A stretch of 64,000 bases of DNA from Bdellovibrionales bacterium (GTDB lineage Bacteria > Bdellovibrionota > Bdellovibrionia > Bdellovibrionales > JAGQZY01), in NCBI GenBank assembly GCA_041736155.1, contig JBGSUL010000032.1, positions 16,554 to 80,553 on the forward strand, in the 5' to 3' direction. Shown here one piece after another: positions 8,077 to 17,983 of this stretch (the first letter of the stretch is position 1; each line of letters opens with the position of its first letter). Both the position numbers and the translations under genes were made by a program. Below the pieces are notes generated by a model. That model was given only the letters and a program-made list of their open reading frames with translations. It searched no databases and was not told the origin of the DNA.

Positions 8077-9252
8077 ATGTTGGGTTTATATTTTCACATT
8101 CCCTATTGTTTGCAGCGCTGTCGTTATTGCGATTTTGCAACTTATGTTTTTGATGAGATTCTTCCGCCCGAAGAATATATCTCGTTGGTCCAAGCAGAAA
8201 TTCAGCAAAAACAGAACTGGTTTCAGCAAAAAAAAATTCACTCCATCTACTTTGGCGGGGGAACACCCAGCCTTCTGGACGCTGATCTTATCATAACGCT
8301 GTTGGAAGAGATTGCAAAGTATGATGCAGTTATTTCACCCGATACAGAAATAACCTTAGAAATCAATCCGGCCACTTTGAATCCAAAAAAAATTGAGCGC
8401 CTTTTAAAGGGTGGGATCAACCGCTTCTCGGTGGGCGCGCAAACTTTTCACGATCACCACCTCAAAGCAGCGGGCCGAAAACACTCGAGCGCCGAGACGC
8501 GCCAGACTTTGGACTTGTTAAAATCGTTTGGCATCAATTACAGCTTCGATCTGCTTTTTGCACTTCCCCAGCAGACACTGGAGGAGTTGAAACAAGATTT
8601 GGCGATCATTGCCGAATATTCTCCTCCTCATCTCAGTGCCTATTGCCTCACGGTCCCCGAGGGCCACCCGATGTCTTACAATCGCCCCAATGAAGATCAC
8701 CAAATCACTATGTTTCAAATGATCGAAAGTGACCTCTCGGCCATGGGTCTCCTCCGATATGAAATATCGAATTTTGCCAAACCGTCTTTTGAATCCAAAC
8801 ACAATTTGCTCTATTGGCAAGATCAAGATTTTTTAGGATTTGGTCTAAGTGCTCATTCGTATTTAAAGTCTTTTTCTCCATGGGGAAACCGCTTTGGAAA
8901 CCCCTCGAGTATCGAAAAATACAAACAAATGATTTTGCAACCCGCCTCGCAATTTATCGACAAACTCCAGAAAGAAAAAACCTGGGAAACACTTTCTCTC
9001 GCAGCCGCACTTTTTGACTTCGCGCACACCTCATTGCGTTTAGAAATAGGACTTGATGAAAATTCTTTACACCAAAAATTTTCTCCGCTGGTGACACTGC
9101 CTTTGCGTCAAGAGCTTGCGCGACTTCTCCGCGAGGGATTATTGCACCAACCCCGTTTGCATTGTTGGACATTGACAGAAAAAGGCCGCCACCTCAGCAA
9201 CTACGTCTTCTCCTGCCTTCACGCGCAGATTCCCGAATTGACAAGTTCTTAG
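8077..9252 (+). CDS. hemW: Radical-SAM HemN-like heme chaperone HemW
   Basis: MLGLYFHIPYCLQRCRYCDF carries the CxxxCxxC radical-SAM cluster at the extreme N-terminus. The 391-aa length fits HemW. Confidence 0.88.
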   Translation: MLGLYFHIPYCLQRCRYCDFATYVFDEILPPEEYISLVQAEIQQKQNWFQQKKIHSIYFGGGTPSLLDADLIITLLEEIAKYDAVISPDTEITLEINPATLNPKKIERLLKGGINRFSVGAQTFHDHHLKAAGRKHSSAETRQTLDLLKSFGINYSFDLLFALPQQTLEELKQDLAIIAEYSPPHLSAYCLTVPEGHPMSYNRPNEDHQITMFQMIESDLSAMGLLRYEISNFAKPSFESKHNLLYWQDQDFLGFGLSAHSYLKSFSPWGNRFGNPSSIEKYKQMILQPASQFIDKLQKEKTWETLSLAAALFDFAHTSLRLEIGLDENSLHQKFSPLVTLPLRQELARLLREGLLHQPRLHCWTLTEKGRHLSNYVFSCLHAQIPELTSS

Positions 9253-9316
9253 GAGTTCTCATAATGTAGTGGCCCGGCGAAAGATCCAATAAAGTGAATA
9301 AAAGTAAAGGCTATGT

Positions 9317-9865
9317 ATGAACGAAGAAAATAACTCCAACACTCCTGAAACCCCTGAGAAAACCGGCATTCAAGATGGTGACCTGGAAACAGAAGCTTCC
9401 ACGATTGAATCTCTTCAAGATGAAATCAGCAAACTCAAAAATGAGTACCTTTATTTACGCGCCGAATTTGATAATTATCGCAAGCAAGCCATCAAAGAGC
9501 GTTCTGATTTGGTGAAATTTGGCGGCGAGCGACTTGCTAAAGACCTTCTTGAGACTCTTGATATTTTCGAATCCGCACTGGATTCTGATATTTCTGCCGA
9601 TACTTTGAAAAATTTTGTGTCTGGCATTGAGCTGACCGCACAGCAACTGCGTGCCGCGCTGACAAAACACAATATTCAAGAGCTTCCCGCCCTCGGCCAA
9701 GCTTTTGACCCTTATGTGCATGAGGCTCTCGGATCAGAGGTCTCTGATACGATCGCCCCTGGACACGTCTCGCGTGTTTTCAAAAAAGCTTATAAGTATC
9801 ACGATAAAGTTCTGCGCCCTGCACAAGTGATCGTTGCAAAAGAATCTACTGCCAAAGAAAAGTAG
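9317..9865 (+). CDS. grpE: Nucleotide exchange factor GrpE
   Basis: 182 aa. It has a coiled-coil N-terminus and KNEYLYLRAEFDNYRKQ, the GrpE signature (R-x-AEF-x-N-x-RKR-like). Confidence 0.93.
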   Translation: MNEENNSNTPETPEKTGIQDGDLETEASTIESLQDEISKLKNEYLYLRAEFDNYRKQAIKERSDLVKFGGERLAKDLLETLDIFESALDSDISADTLKNFVSGIELTAQQLRAALTKHNIQELPALGQAFDPYVHEALGSEVSDTIAPGHVSRVFKKAYKYHDKVLRPAQVIVAKESTAKEK

Positions 9866-9904
9866 ACTCTTTTCAAGAGAAGTGAGACCCTCAAGGGCAC
9901 TAAT

Positions 9905-10783
9905 ATGAGTAAAAATTATTACGAAATTTTAGAGCTCACGCCAACAGCTTCTTTTGATGAAATCAAAAAGTCCTTTCGTAAACTGGCACTCAAATACCAC
10001 CCCGATAAAAATCCCGGCGATGTGGCTAGCGAAAATAAATTTAAAGAAATCAATGCCGCTTATTCTGTATTGTCTGACCCTTTTAGAAAAAGTGATTACG
10101 ATCGTGTGCACTTTCCTCCCAAACCAGCCAGCAAAACGCCCACGAAACAATCAAGCAAACAGCACACCCGCGCCGCCACAAAATCGCCAACCATCACCGT
10201 GGGCAAAAACCTTCTTTATCATCTCAATCTCACCTTAGAAGAGGCTTTTTCTGGAGCCCTCAAAACCATTTCTTACGTACGAACTGTCAACGGTGTAAAA
10301 ACCACCTCACATCTGGATGTGACGATCCCCGCAGGAATTCGCGATTCTAAAAAGTTGCGCGTGCGCGGGGCTGGCGAATCTCTCTCCGCCCAACAGCGCG
10401 CCGGAGATCTGGTCGTACATATCCATATTCTCCCCCATAAGTATTATATTTTGGAGGGCGACGACATTTTGTTGAAAATGCCGGTGTCGTGGATTGATTT
10501 TTTACTCAAGGAACCCGTCGTGATTCCCACTCTCCATGGCCCCATTCCACTGCCCATTCCAAAGGAAGATGAATTTGGCGTTGCCGGGTCAAAATTAGAA
10601 GGCCGGGGATTCCCTGTCGATGAAAAATCTCGCCATTTTGGGGACCAATATATTCGTTTTATTGTTGATGTCCCCACCTCTTTGAACGAAAATCTTAAAG
10701 AAAAACTGCGGGCACTCAAAAAAGATATGCCCCTCAGCGATTGGCAGAAAGAAATTCTTTCGCTTTCGGAGAATAAAAAATGA
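9905..10783 (+). CDS. cbpA: J-domain co-chaperone, CbpA-like (no zinc-finger domain)
   Basis: YYEILELTPTASFDEIKKSFRKLALKYHPDKNPGD is a J domain with HPD. DnaJ C-terminal beta domains are present but there are no CxxCxGxG repeats. Confidence 0.8.
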   Translation: MSKNYYEILELTPTASFDEIKKSFRKLALKYHPDKNPGDVASENKFKEINAAYSVLSDPFRKSDYDRVHFPPKPASKTPTKQSSKQHTRAATKSPTITVGKNLLYHLNLTLEEAFSGALKTISYVRTVNGVKTTSHLDVTIPAGIRDSKKLRVRGAGESLSAQQRAGDLVVHIHILPHKYYILEGDDILLKMPVSWIDFLLKEPVVIPTLHGPIPLPIPKEDEFGVAGSKLEGRGFPVDEKSRHFGDQYIRFIVDVPTSLNENLKEKLRALKKDMPLSDWQKEILSLSENKK

Positions 10784-12744
10784 AAAACTTTTTAAGTTCT
10801 AGCCTCATCTTTATCAGCTTTCTTTTCGCCCTGAGCTCTTGTCAAACGGCGCCCGTTTCACGAACTGCCGAAACCGTTCCTGCGGCACCTTCAACGGCGC
10901 AAACACAAAAGAATTACCAAGAAGCCCTTCATTATTTTGATCAGGGCCAAGACGACAAAGCCATAGCCATCTTAAAAAACCTAATCAATAAAGAGCCGTC
11001 TTCGGATTTGGCGGATGACGCCCACCTTTTGCTGGGACGAATTGATTTTCGTCGCAAACAATACCCAACGGCCTACAAATATTTTGAACACGTTTACACC
11101 TCCACAACACGCAGCCCGCGCGAAAACGAAGCACGAATTCTCGCCGTCCAGTGTTTACTGGCTCAAGACCGTACGTCGGATGCCGAAAAGCTCATTCGCA
11201 ATTCTCTCGCCCAAACCAATTTAGAAAATAAAGAGCGTGCCTATTTGCTTGAGGCTCAACTTCCTCTTCTCTTAAAGCGCGATTCCCAATTGGAAACTTT
11301 TGAAGCCCTGGCCTTTCTTGCCCAAAACCATCCCAACGGAAATTCACGGGAAAAATATAGTGAATTAGCCAAAGATTTTGTCGACTCACGTCTCAAGTCG
11401 GAAGAGCTCAAAGAACTGGCCGAAGACTCTGACCTGGGGGAATTCCGCGTTGAAGCGATGTTCAAATACGCCATGAACCTCGTCAACGAAAATAAATTAG
11501 ATGCAGCAAAAAGCTATTTTTCACGCATCTCTACAATCTCTCCCACCAGCTATCTCGGTGAGCAGTCCAACAGCATGTTGAAACAGCTCGACGCCCGCGC
11601 GTTTGTTGAAACCAAAACCATCGGCGCTGTTCTCCCCATGTCTGGTCCTTATGCACAAATTGGTGAACAAACTTTGCGTGGTCTACAAATGGCTCTGGGT
11701 ATTTCTGGATCGCAAAATAAATATAATATCCGTCTTGTTGTACAAGATTCCTTTTCCACTCCCGAAGATGCCGCTAAGGCAGTCGAAAAATTGATTTTTG
11801 TCGATCATGCGATTGCCATCATCGGTGGCCTTTCTGCAAAAACCGTTGTTGCTGAAGCCACACAGGCCCAAAATCTAGGTGTTCCCTTTTTAGCTATGTC
11901 GCAAAAGTCGGATTTAACACGCCTTGGACCTTTTATTTTTTCCACAGCCATAACACCACGACTGCAGGTTGAAACTCTCGTTTCTTATGCTATGGAAAAG
12001 TCAAAGCATCGTAAATTTGCGATTATTTATCCCAACGACAAATACGGTGTGGAATATGCAAATATTTTTTGGGACACGGTTGTATCGCGTGGTGGAAAAA
12101 TTGTTTCCGCGCAAACGTATCTCCCCGACGAAACAGACTTTAAAGCGCACGTTAAAAAAATGGTGGGCACTTACTACTTAGAAGATCGCAATCAGGAATA
12201 TCAAGAACTCCTGCGCGAATGGAAAAAGAAAAATACCAGCAAAAGAAAACAACCCCCAGAAACTCTTCTTCCGCCTATTATTCAGTTTGAATCGTTATTT
12301 ATCCCCGACGGTCCCAAAGCTCTTGGCCAGATTGCTCCGATGCTGGCGTTTAATGACGTCAATAACATCCAATTGTTAGGCACCAACCTGTGGAACTCTC
12401 CCGACTTCTTACAACGTGCGCAGGGTTTTGTAGAAAAATCGGTTTTTGTAGATTCACATCTGCCAGATGCTCCAGAGCTGACGCAGTCTGAATTTTATAA
12501 AACTTTCCGCGCCAACTATAAAGATCGCCCAGGAACCTTTGCCATTCAGGGTTACGACTCGGGAAAGTTGGTGCTCGAGGCTCTTAAAAGTGGTCCACGC
12601 AATCGTATTGATTTTTTGCGACTGCTCTCCACACTAGAGGTCAATGGTGCCTTCACGCCTTTAAAAATGACTCCCGATCGTGAAATCTACCGTCCTCTTG
12701 TCTTGATGACGGTGCGAAAAAACCAATTTGTTATCGCCGAATAG
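10780..12744 (+). CDS. Lipoprotein with N-terminal TPR region and C-terminal type-1 periplasmic-binding (LivK-like) domain; LpoA-like architecture
   Basis: It has a signal peptide with lipobox LFALSSC. TPR-like helices occupy about aa 40-280. The rest resembles branched-chain amino-acid binding proteins (IGAVLPMSGPYAQIGEQ...). The start overlaps the cbpA stop (ATGA). Confidence 0.7.
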   Translation: MKNFLSSSLIFISFLFALSSCQTAPVSRTAETVPAAPSTAQTQKNYQEALHYFDQGQDDKAIAILKNLINKEPSSDLADDAHLLLGRIDFRRKQYPTAYKYFEHVYTSTTRSPRENEARILAVQCLLAQDRTSDAEKLIRNSLAQTNLENKERAYLLEAQLPLLLKRDSQLETFEALAFLAQNHPNGNSREKYSELAKDFVDSRLKSEELKELAEDSDLGEFRVEAMFKYAMNLVNENKLDAAKSYFSRISTISPTSYLGEQSNSMLKQLDARAFVETKTIGAVLPMSGPYAQIGEQTLRGLQMALGISGSQNKYNIRLVVQDSFSTPEDAAKAVEKLIFVDHAIAIIGGLSAKTVVAEATQAQNLGVPFLAMSQKSDLTRLGPFIFSTAITPRLQVETLVSYAMEKSKHRKFAIIYPNDKYGVEYANIFWDTVVSRGGKIVSAQTYLPDETDFKAHVKKMVGTYYLEDRNQEYQELLREWKKKNTSKRKQPPETLLPPIIQFESLFIPDGPKALGQIAPMLAFNDVNNIQLLGTNLWNSPDFLQRAQGFVEKSVFVDSHLPDAPELTQSEFYKTFRANYKDRPGTFAIQGYDSGKLVLEALKSGPRNRIDFLRLLSTLEVNGAFTPLKMTPDREIYRPLVLMTVRKNQFVIAE

Positions 12745-12779
12745 GTTGTAAAACAACTCTTACAACCAGTTGGTTTTTT
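12744..12779 (+). terminator. Rho-independent terminator after the LpoA-like gene
   Basis: GGTTGTAA-AACAACTC-TTACAACC forms an 8-bp stem, followed by AGTTGGTTTTTT. Confidence 0.7.
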
Positions 12780-12805
12780 GACACCCCTCTTTTAAGAGCT
12801 AAATC
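12778..12805 (+). promoter_or_regulatory. Possible sigma70-type promoter of lon
   Basis: TTGACA (12778-12783), a 16-nt spacer, then TAAATC (12800-12805), about 110 nt upstream of the lon ATG. The -10 element is weak. Confidence 0.3.
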
Positions 12806-12918
12806 CAGACCTTATCTCCACTTTTTTTGTTAAGGCCCCCTCCGGTTTCGCCGAAGAGAATTCAAAGAAACAACAAGAATCTCGTGGCCTGAAGATCGCC
12901 AGAAGATTCGGAGGAAGA

Positions 12919-15315
12919 ATGGATCAAAGTAATCTGAATATCCCTGAGACAATCCCGATGCTGCCTGTCCGCGACATTGTCATTTTCCCTTATATGATTA
13001 TTCCTTTATTTGTAGGAAGAGAAGCATCGATTCAAGCGGTAGAAGAAAGCTTGAGCAAAAATCGACTCATCTTTTTAGCGTCTCAAAAAGAATTTAACGA
13101 AGAAACTCCTTCACCGGAATCGATCTACAAAACAGGAACTGTGGCAATGATCATGCGCATGCGCAAACTTGCTGATGGCCGAGTGAAGATTCTTATTCAA
13201 GGTGTAAGCAAAGCGCGCGTAACGCAATACACACAAAAAGAGCCCTTCTTTAAAGTTTCTGTAGAAAAAATTGAAGACTCCTCTGTTTCGAGCGAAGAAA
13301 ATAAACTTCTTGTTGAGCCTCTTATTAAGACAGCAAAAGAACATCTAGAAAAAGTCATCGCCCTTGGAAAGATGCTTTCTCCTGATATTCTTCTTGTTTT
13401 GGACGACATCCAAGAACCTGGACGTATCGCTGACTTAATCGCTAGCAATCTTGGTCTCAAAGTTTCTGATGCTCAGGGAATCTTAGAAACACCTGATCAT
13501 ATAGAGAGACTGAAGCAGGTCATAAATTTGTTAGCCGCAGAGTTTGAAACTCTGCAACTTCAATCCAAAGTCCGTTCGTCATCTAAAGATGATATGACCA
13601 AGTCTCAACGCGAATACTTTTTGCGTGAGCAAATGAAGGCTATAAAGAATGAACTGGGTGAGCAAGACTCTAAAACTGATGATTTAGAAGACGTTCGTAA
13701 AAAAATCCAGTCCTCTGGTATGCCTGCTGATGTAGAAAAAGAAGCCTTAAAACAACTGGGCCGACTTGAGCGCATGCATCCAGACGCCAGTGAAGCTTCT
13801 ATGCTCCGCACTTATCTCGAGTGGATGGTTGATCTTCCATGGGGTAAAGAGACAGAAGATTCGATTGATCTTAAAGTTGCCAAACAAATTCTTGAAACAG
13901 ATCATTTCGGTCTCGAAAAAGCTAAAGATCGTATTCTTGAATTTCTTGCTGTGAGAAAACTAAAAGAAACTATCAAAGGACCTATTCTTTGTTTTGCTGG
14001 ACCTCCAGGAGTGGGTAAAACTTCACTCGGAAAGAGCATTGCCAAGGCTATGGGAAGAAAATACTTCCGCATTTCTCTCGGCGGCGTGAAAGACGAAGCT
14101 GAAATTCGTGGTCACCGTAGAACGTATGTCGGAGCTATGCCCGGCAAAGTGGTTCAAGCTCTTAAACAGTGCGGAACCAGAAACCCGGTATTTGTTCTTG
14201 ATGAAATTGACAAACTTGGCAGTGATTTCCGTGGAGATCCAAGTGCTGCAATGTTGGAAGTTTTAGATCCAGAACAAAACGCCACATTCCGTGATAACTA
14301 TTTGAATGTGGATTTTGATTTAAGCAAAGTTTTATTCATTGCTACAGCCAACAACTTGGAAAACATTCCACCTGCTCTACGTGATCGTATGGAAATCATC
14401 CAACTTTCTGGTTACACAGAGAATGAAAAGCTTGAAATTGCTATGCAGCACATTGTTCGTAAACAACTTGAAAACCATGGTGTTTCCGATGATCAGTGCC
14501 GCTTTACCTCAGACGCTGTAGCTTATTTGATCGGTCATTACACTCGTGAAGCTGGTCTACGTAATTTAGAAAGAGAAGTGGGTTCGGTTTGCCGTAAAGT
14601 TGCTAAAAACATCGTTATGGGCGACCTCTCCTCCGTCACTATCACTAAAGAAAAAGTGATCGAATATCTCGGAGGTCCTCGTTTCTTGAGAGAAGACCGT
14701 ATGAACGAAGATGCCATCGGTGTCTCAACAGGTCTGGCTTGGACACAAGCTGGTGGTGAAGTTCTTTATGTGGAAGCTCTCGGCATGAAAGGCAAAGGTG
14801 GGGTAACTCTCACTGGCCAAATGGGTGACGTGATGAAAGAATCTGCAACGGCAGCACTTTCCTACGCTCGTGCACATGCGGAACAACTTGGTATTGCTCC
14901 CGATTGGTTTGAAAATAACCATATTCACATCCATCTTCCTGCTGGCGCTATTCCTAAAGATGGTCCATCTGCGGGAATCACTATGGCGACAGCCATTATT
15001 GGTTTGATCACAGAGGTGCCAACCAATCGCGATGTGGCTATGACGGGAGAAGTGACTTTAACCGGTCGTGTTCTTCCTATCGGTGGTGTTAAAGAGAAAT
15101 GCCTTGCCGCCTTCAATCACGGTGCAAAAACAGTGATTTTACCGATGGCGAACAAAAAGGATATCGTTGATATCCCCGATGAGATTCGTAACAAACTGAA
15201 GTTTTTCTTTGTGGAACATCTCGATGAGGTTCTTCACATTGCTCTGAATTCCGATGCTAAAAAGTCGACTCAGGGACGCAAAAAGAAGCATAAATCTACT
15301 GAGGCCGCTGCTTAA
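12919..15315 (+). CDS. lon: ATP-dependent Lon protease (LonA)
   Basis: 798 aa. It has the Walker A motif GPPGVGKTS, catalytic DGPSAGIT (Ser) and GGVKEK (Lys), and the N-terminal LON domain [12 protein letters not shown]. Confidence 0.98.
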   Translation: MDQSNLNIPETIPMLPVRDIVIFPYMIIPLFVGREASIQAVEESLSKNRLIFLASQKEFNEETPSPESIYKTGTVAMIMRMRKLADGRVKILIQGVSKARVTQYTQKEPFFKVSVEKIEDSSVSSEENKLLVEPLIKTAKEHLEKVIALGKMLSPDILLVLDDIQEPGRIADLIASNLGLKVSDAQGILETPDHIERLKQVINLLAAEFETLQLQSKVRSSSKDDMTKSQREYFLREQMKAIKNELGEQDSKTDDLEDVRKKIQSSGMPADVEKEALKQLGRLERMHPDASEASMLRTYLEWMVDLPWGKETEDSIDLKVAKQILETDHFGLEKAKDRILEFLAVRKLKETIKGPILCFAGPPGVGKTSLGKSIAKAMGRKYFRISLGGVKDEAEIRGHRRTYVGAMPGKVVQALKQCGTRNPVFVLDEIDKLGSDFRGDPSAAMLEVLDPEQNATFRDNYLNVDFDLSKVLFIATANNLENIPPALRDRMEIIQLSGYTENEKLEIAMQHIVRKQLENHGVSDDQCRFTSDAVAYLIGHYTREAGLRNLEREVGSVCRKVAKNIVMGDLSSVTITKEKVIEYLGGPRFLREDRMNEDAIGVSTGLAWTQAGGEVLYVEALGMKGKGGVTLTGQMGDVMKESATAALSYARAHAEQLGIAPDWFENNHIHIHLPAGAIPKDGPSAGITMATAIIGLITEVPTNRDVAMTGEVTLTGRVLPIGGVKEKCLAAFNHGAKTVILPMANKKDIVDIPDEIRNKLKFFFVEHLDEVLHIALNSDAKKSTQGRKKKHKSTEAAA

Positions 15316-15334
15316 TAGGCGGCTTTCAAAAAAT

Positions 15335-15358
15335 AAAGGCCACTTCCTGGTGGCCTTT
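15335..15358. terminator. Bidirectional terminator hairpin between lon and the convergent HTH gene
   Basis: AAAGGCCAC-TTCCTG-GTGGCCTTT forms a 9-bp stem. A T-run (TTTATTTTTT) follows it on the minus strand. The T tract on the plus strand is weak. Confidence 0.7.
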
Positions 15359-15437
15359 ATCGGAGAACGATGTCCTAAAATAAGAGATTCCCTCTATTTG
15401 GGACGGGCGATGGGTCTCTCTTGTTGTGCTTGCATCG

Positions 15438-15803
15438 TTATTCTCCTTGCAGTCGGTGATTTTCTTTTTCCAATAGCAAAACGAGTGTCTTTAAATCTGA
15501 TACCTGTTGTTTAAGATAAAGTATTTGGTCTTCTTTACTTTGTAGTGAATCCAAATAAGCTCTTTTTAACTCATCCAAAAGAAGTTTCGTGGTCGAGAAA
15601 GACTCCGTAGATTGAATGTTGGGACGAATACCGATCTCATCCACCGCACTCGCGAGGATTTGCTCTTCGGGGCTGTCTAAAATAAAGTACTTACCTTCCT
15701 CGAGCTTAAACTGAATCTTGCTAGATTTAATACGACGACGAAGAGTGGAGATACTCAACCGGTGTTTGTTTGCATAGTCATTTAGAGCAATCCATTGACT
15801 CAT
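15438..15803 (-). CDS. Small helix-turn-helix DNA-binding protein with C-terminal coiled coil
   Basis: WIALNDYANKHRLSISTLRRRIKSSKI resembles an excisionase/MerR-type HTH. The C-terminal heptad-like segment LYLKQQVSDLKTLVLLLEKENHRL suggests a coiled coil. Confidence 0.6.
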   Translation of the reverse strand: MSQWIALNDYANKHRLSISTLRRRIKSSKIQFKLEEGKYFILDSPEEQILASAVDEIGIRPNIQSTESFSTTKLLLDELKRAYLDSLQSKEDQILYLKQQVSDLKTLVLLLEKENHRLQGE

Positions 15804-15985
15804 GTTTTCTCCACTTCCACTAAGGCTATTCGCTTGAATATCCTTACTGACTATTCAAGGTTAGCATACGAGAACACAGTGTAAATGCTTATTTTGCAAG
15901 CCTTTTTCATAAACTTACGACTACCCACTGCCTATTCAACCAACAAGTGTTTGATTTTACTTATTTTTTCCTTTCTAATGGGGAC

Positions 15986-17197
15986 ATGAAACTCTCCCAC
16001 AAAAAGAAGATCGCCCTCGTCCTTAGTGGGGGTGGTATTAAAGCTGCTGCCTTTCATATCGGTGTTTGCTTAGCCTTAAAAGAAAAAGGATTTAAGTTTG
16101 CCGGCGGGACCAAAGAGGAAGTTTCGGCCCGTTACGGAAGTGATGAACTCACCATAAAATTCTATGTAGGTTCCAGCGCTGGTTCGGTGATTAGCACATT
16201 TCTTGCGGCTGGTTATTCCCTCAATTCGATCATCCATGCTTTTGAACGTGGCTCCACTGAAATTTCTGATGGTTTGAAAACTGAAAAACCTTTCGATGAA
16301 GATCTCAGTCCACTCACCTATCGCAATATCTTTTCTTTGAACACCAAAGAAATGTTACAGATGTTTCCCAACCTGATTAAGAATCGCGGCTCTTCCATCG
16401 TCACCGGTGGCTTTGAAGTTTTGATCAAAAATGGCTTTAAGCTCAATGGACTCTTCTCGACTAAAGGCTTGGGAAAGTATATTCGCGATGAAGTTTGGAA
16501 AAGTGATTCTTTTGCGGATTTGGGTGTGGACCTCTACATTGTGGCCACACAACTCAATCAAAGTAGAAAAGTTATCTTTTGTGCAAAAGATGAAATGTCC
16601 AAGGATCAATCGGTTCTTTATGCCAACTACGCCAGTGTCAGCGATGCGGTTGCCGCTTCTGCAGCTTTACCGCCCGCCTTTTCTCCCTACGCCATTAAAA
16701 ACCGCGATGGTAATGACATTTACTTTTTTGATGGAGAAATTCGCGACACATTATCTTCTCACATCCCCGTGGATCATGGTGCAGACTTGGTCATCGCCAG
16801 TTATTCCATTCAGCCCTATAACTACAACAAAGTGATGGGAAGTCTTCATCAGTATGGAATTCCGGTGATCCTCAACCAGGCCCTTTATCAGGTTGTTCAG
16901 CAAAAAATCGAGAACGCCATTAAGGCCAGAAAATCCATCGAAACTGTCTACAAAGCGGTGGATGGATATTTAAAACAGATAAACATCGCCGATGAACATC
17001 GGCAGAAACTTCTTGAGATCATTACAGAAAGAACAAACTACAAGCCGCAAACGGACTATATTTACATCCATCCACACCCGCAAGACTACCGAACCTTCTT
17101 TGCGGATCATTTTAGTTTGAACCCACAAATTCTCAAAGATACTGTTCAAGCTGGATTTAGGTCAGCCCTCAATGCTTTGAGAAAATGGGATATCTAA
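15986..17197 (+). CDS. Patatin-like phospholipase
   Basis: LVLSGGGIKAAAF is the oxyanion GGGxK, GSSAGS is the GxSxG nucleophile, and FDGEIRD is the DG catalytic Asp. The start is taken at MKLSHKKK, while the track ORF starts at the alternative codon at 15947. Confidence 0.85.
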   Translation: MKLSHKKKIALVLSGGGIKAAAFHIGVCLALKEKGFKFAGGTKEEVSARYGSDELTIKFYVGSSAGSVISTFLAAGYSLNSIIHAFERGSTEISDGLKTEKPFDEDLSPLTYRNIFSLNTKEMLQMFPNLIKNRGSSIVTGGFEVLIKNGFKLNGLFSTKGLGKYIRDEVWKSDSFADLGVDLYIVATQLNQSRKVIFCAKDEMSKDQSVLYANYASVSDAVAASAALPPAFSPYAIKNRDGNDIYFFDGEIRDTLSSHIPVDHGADLVIASYSIQPYNYNKVMGSLHQYGIPVILNQALYQVVQQKIENAIKARKSIETVYKAVDGYLKQINIADEHRQKLLEIITERTNYKPQTDYIYIHPHPQDYRTFFADHFSLNPQILKDTVQAGFRSALNALRKWDI

Positions 17198-17883
17198 CCC
17201 TTTCGACGTTGCCAGCTGTGTTCACCGTTTCCAAATTTTGGTTTTTTACAATAAAGCCACTCAAGGCTTTTCTTTTGTGAATCGTTGCAGCGACCCTTTT
17301 CACCACCCTGGAATGAGGAGCAGATTTTATCCTCGATGTAATCACACGGCAAAAAACGCGGCGACTTCCATTCTGTGCTCGCGAAAGCATAAAAGTTGGC
17401 CGTTCCCCAAAAAATACTATCCCACATTCCCATGGAAAGTCCCTGACTGCCTTTGACCACAATTTGGCTGTTCTTTGGAATATCCAAAGTTAAAAGATAA
17501 CCCTGCACATGCTCTGGATTGCTCATCACCGAGCATGCCGTGTTATCGTAAACGACACTCACACGATTTTTTTTTGCTAGTGGGACGATGTGTTTATCCA
17601 AGTAAGCTAGCGTCCACCAATAATCTAACCAATGCCCCACAAAACCAACTTCAATTTGATCACCTTTAGAAATATTTGGAAGGTGCGACGCTAACGACTC
17701 ATGTGGCTTTCGGTCGACCACAGTTTTGGTAGAACAGGATCGTTGCGCCATCCACATTTGGCAGCCTTCTTTAAAAAAAGCTTTTTGATTTTTCTCCCGG
17801 CCAATTTCGCAAGCGCAATGAGTCGCCGAAAATGCCTGTTTCGAAATAATTATGAAAATAAAAAAAAAGAGAAATCTCCTCAT
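17194..17883 (-). CDS. Secreted Cys-rich hypothetical protein
   Basis: MRRFLFFFIFIIISKQAFSA is a signal peptide. The mature part contains many Cys and Trp residues and no recognisable motif. The start is taken at M17 of track ORF 17194..17931. Confidence 0.55.
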   Translation of the reverse strand: MRRFLFFFIFIIISKQAFSATHCACEIGREKNQKAFFKEGCQMWMAQRSCSTKTVVDRKPHESLASHLPNISKGDQIEVGFVGHWLDYWWTLAYLDKHIVPLAKKNRVSVVYDNTACSVMSNPEHVQGYLLTLDIPKNSQIVVKGSQGLSMGMWDSIFWGTANFYAFASTEWKSPRFLPCDYIEDKICSSFQGGEKGRCNDSQKKSLEWLYCKKPKFGNGEHSWQRRKG

Positions 17884-17983
17884 GGTCCCCACCCCCGTGA
17901 ATTTATTACATCCTTGGGTGGGCGTTATCAAGATCTCAAGGTAACAGCCTGCAATACAAAAAGGGAACTGTTACCTAGAGTTC

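Noticed and set aside
8060-8266. N-terminal 69-aa extension of the M16 peptidase ORF
   Set aside because: It would overlap hemW by about 190 bp on the opposite strand, and the extension has no peptidase similarity. The M16 homology begins right after the internal Met at 8059. I still list it as a start-site uncertainty.
12787-12798. The 12-mer CTCTTTTAAGAG is shared between the lon upstream region and the arms of the 38-bp inverted repeat (39489-39500)
   Set aside because: The match is too short to distinguish from chance in AT-rich intergenic DNA, and the flanking sequence is unrelated.
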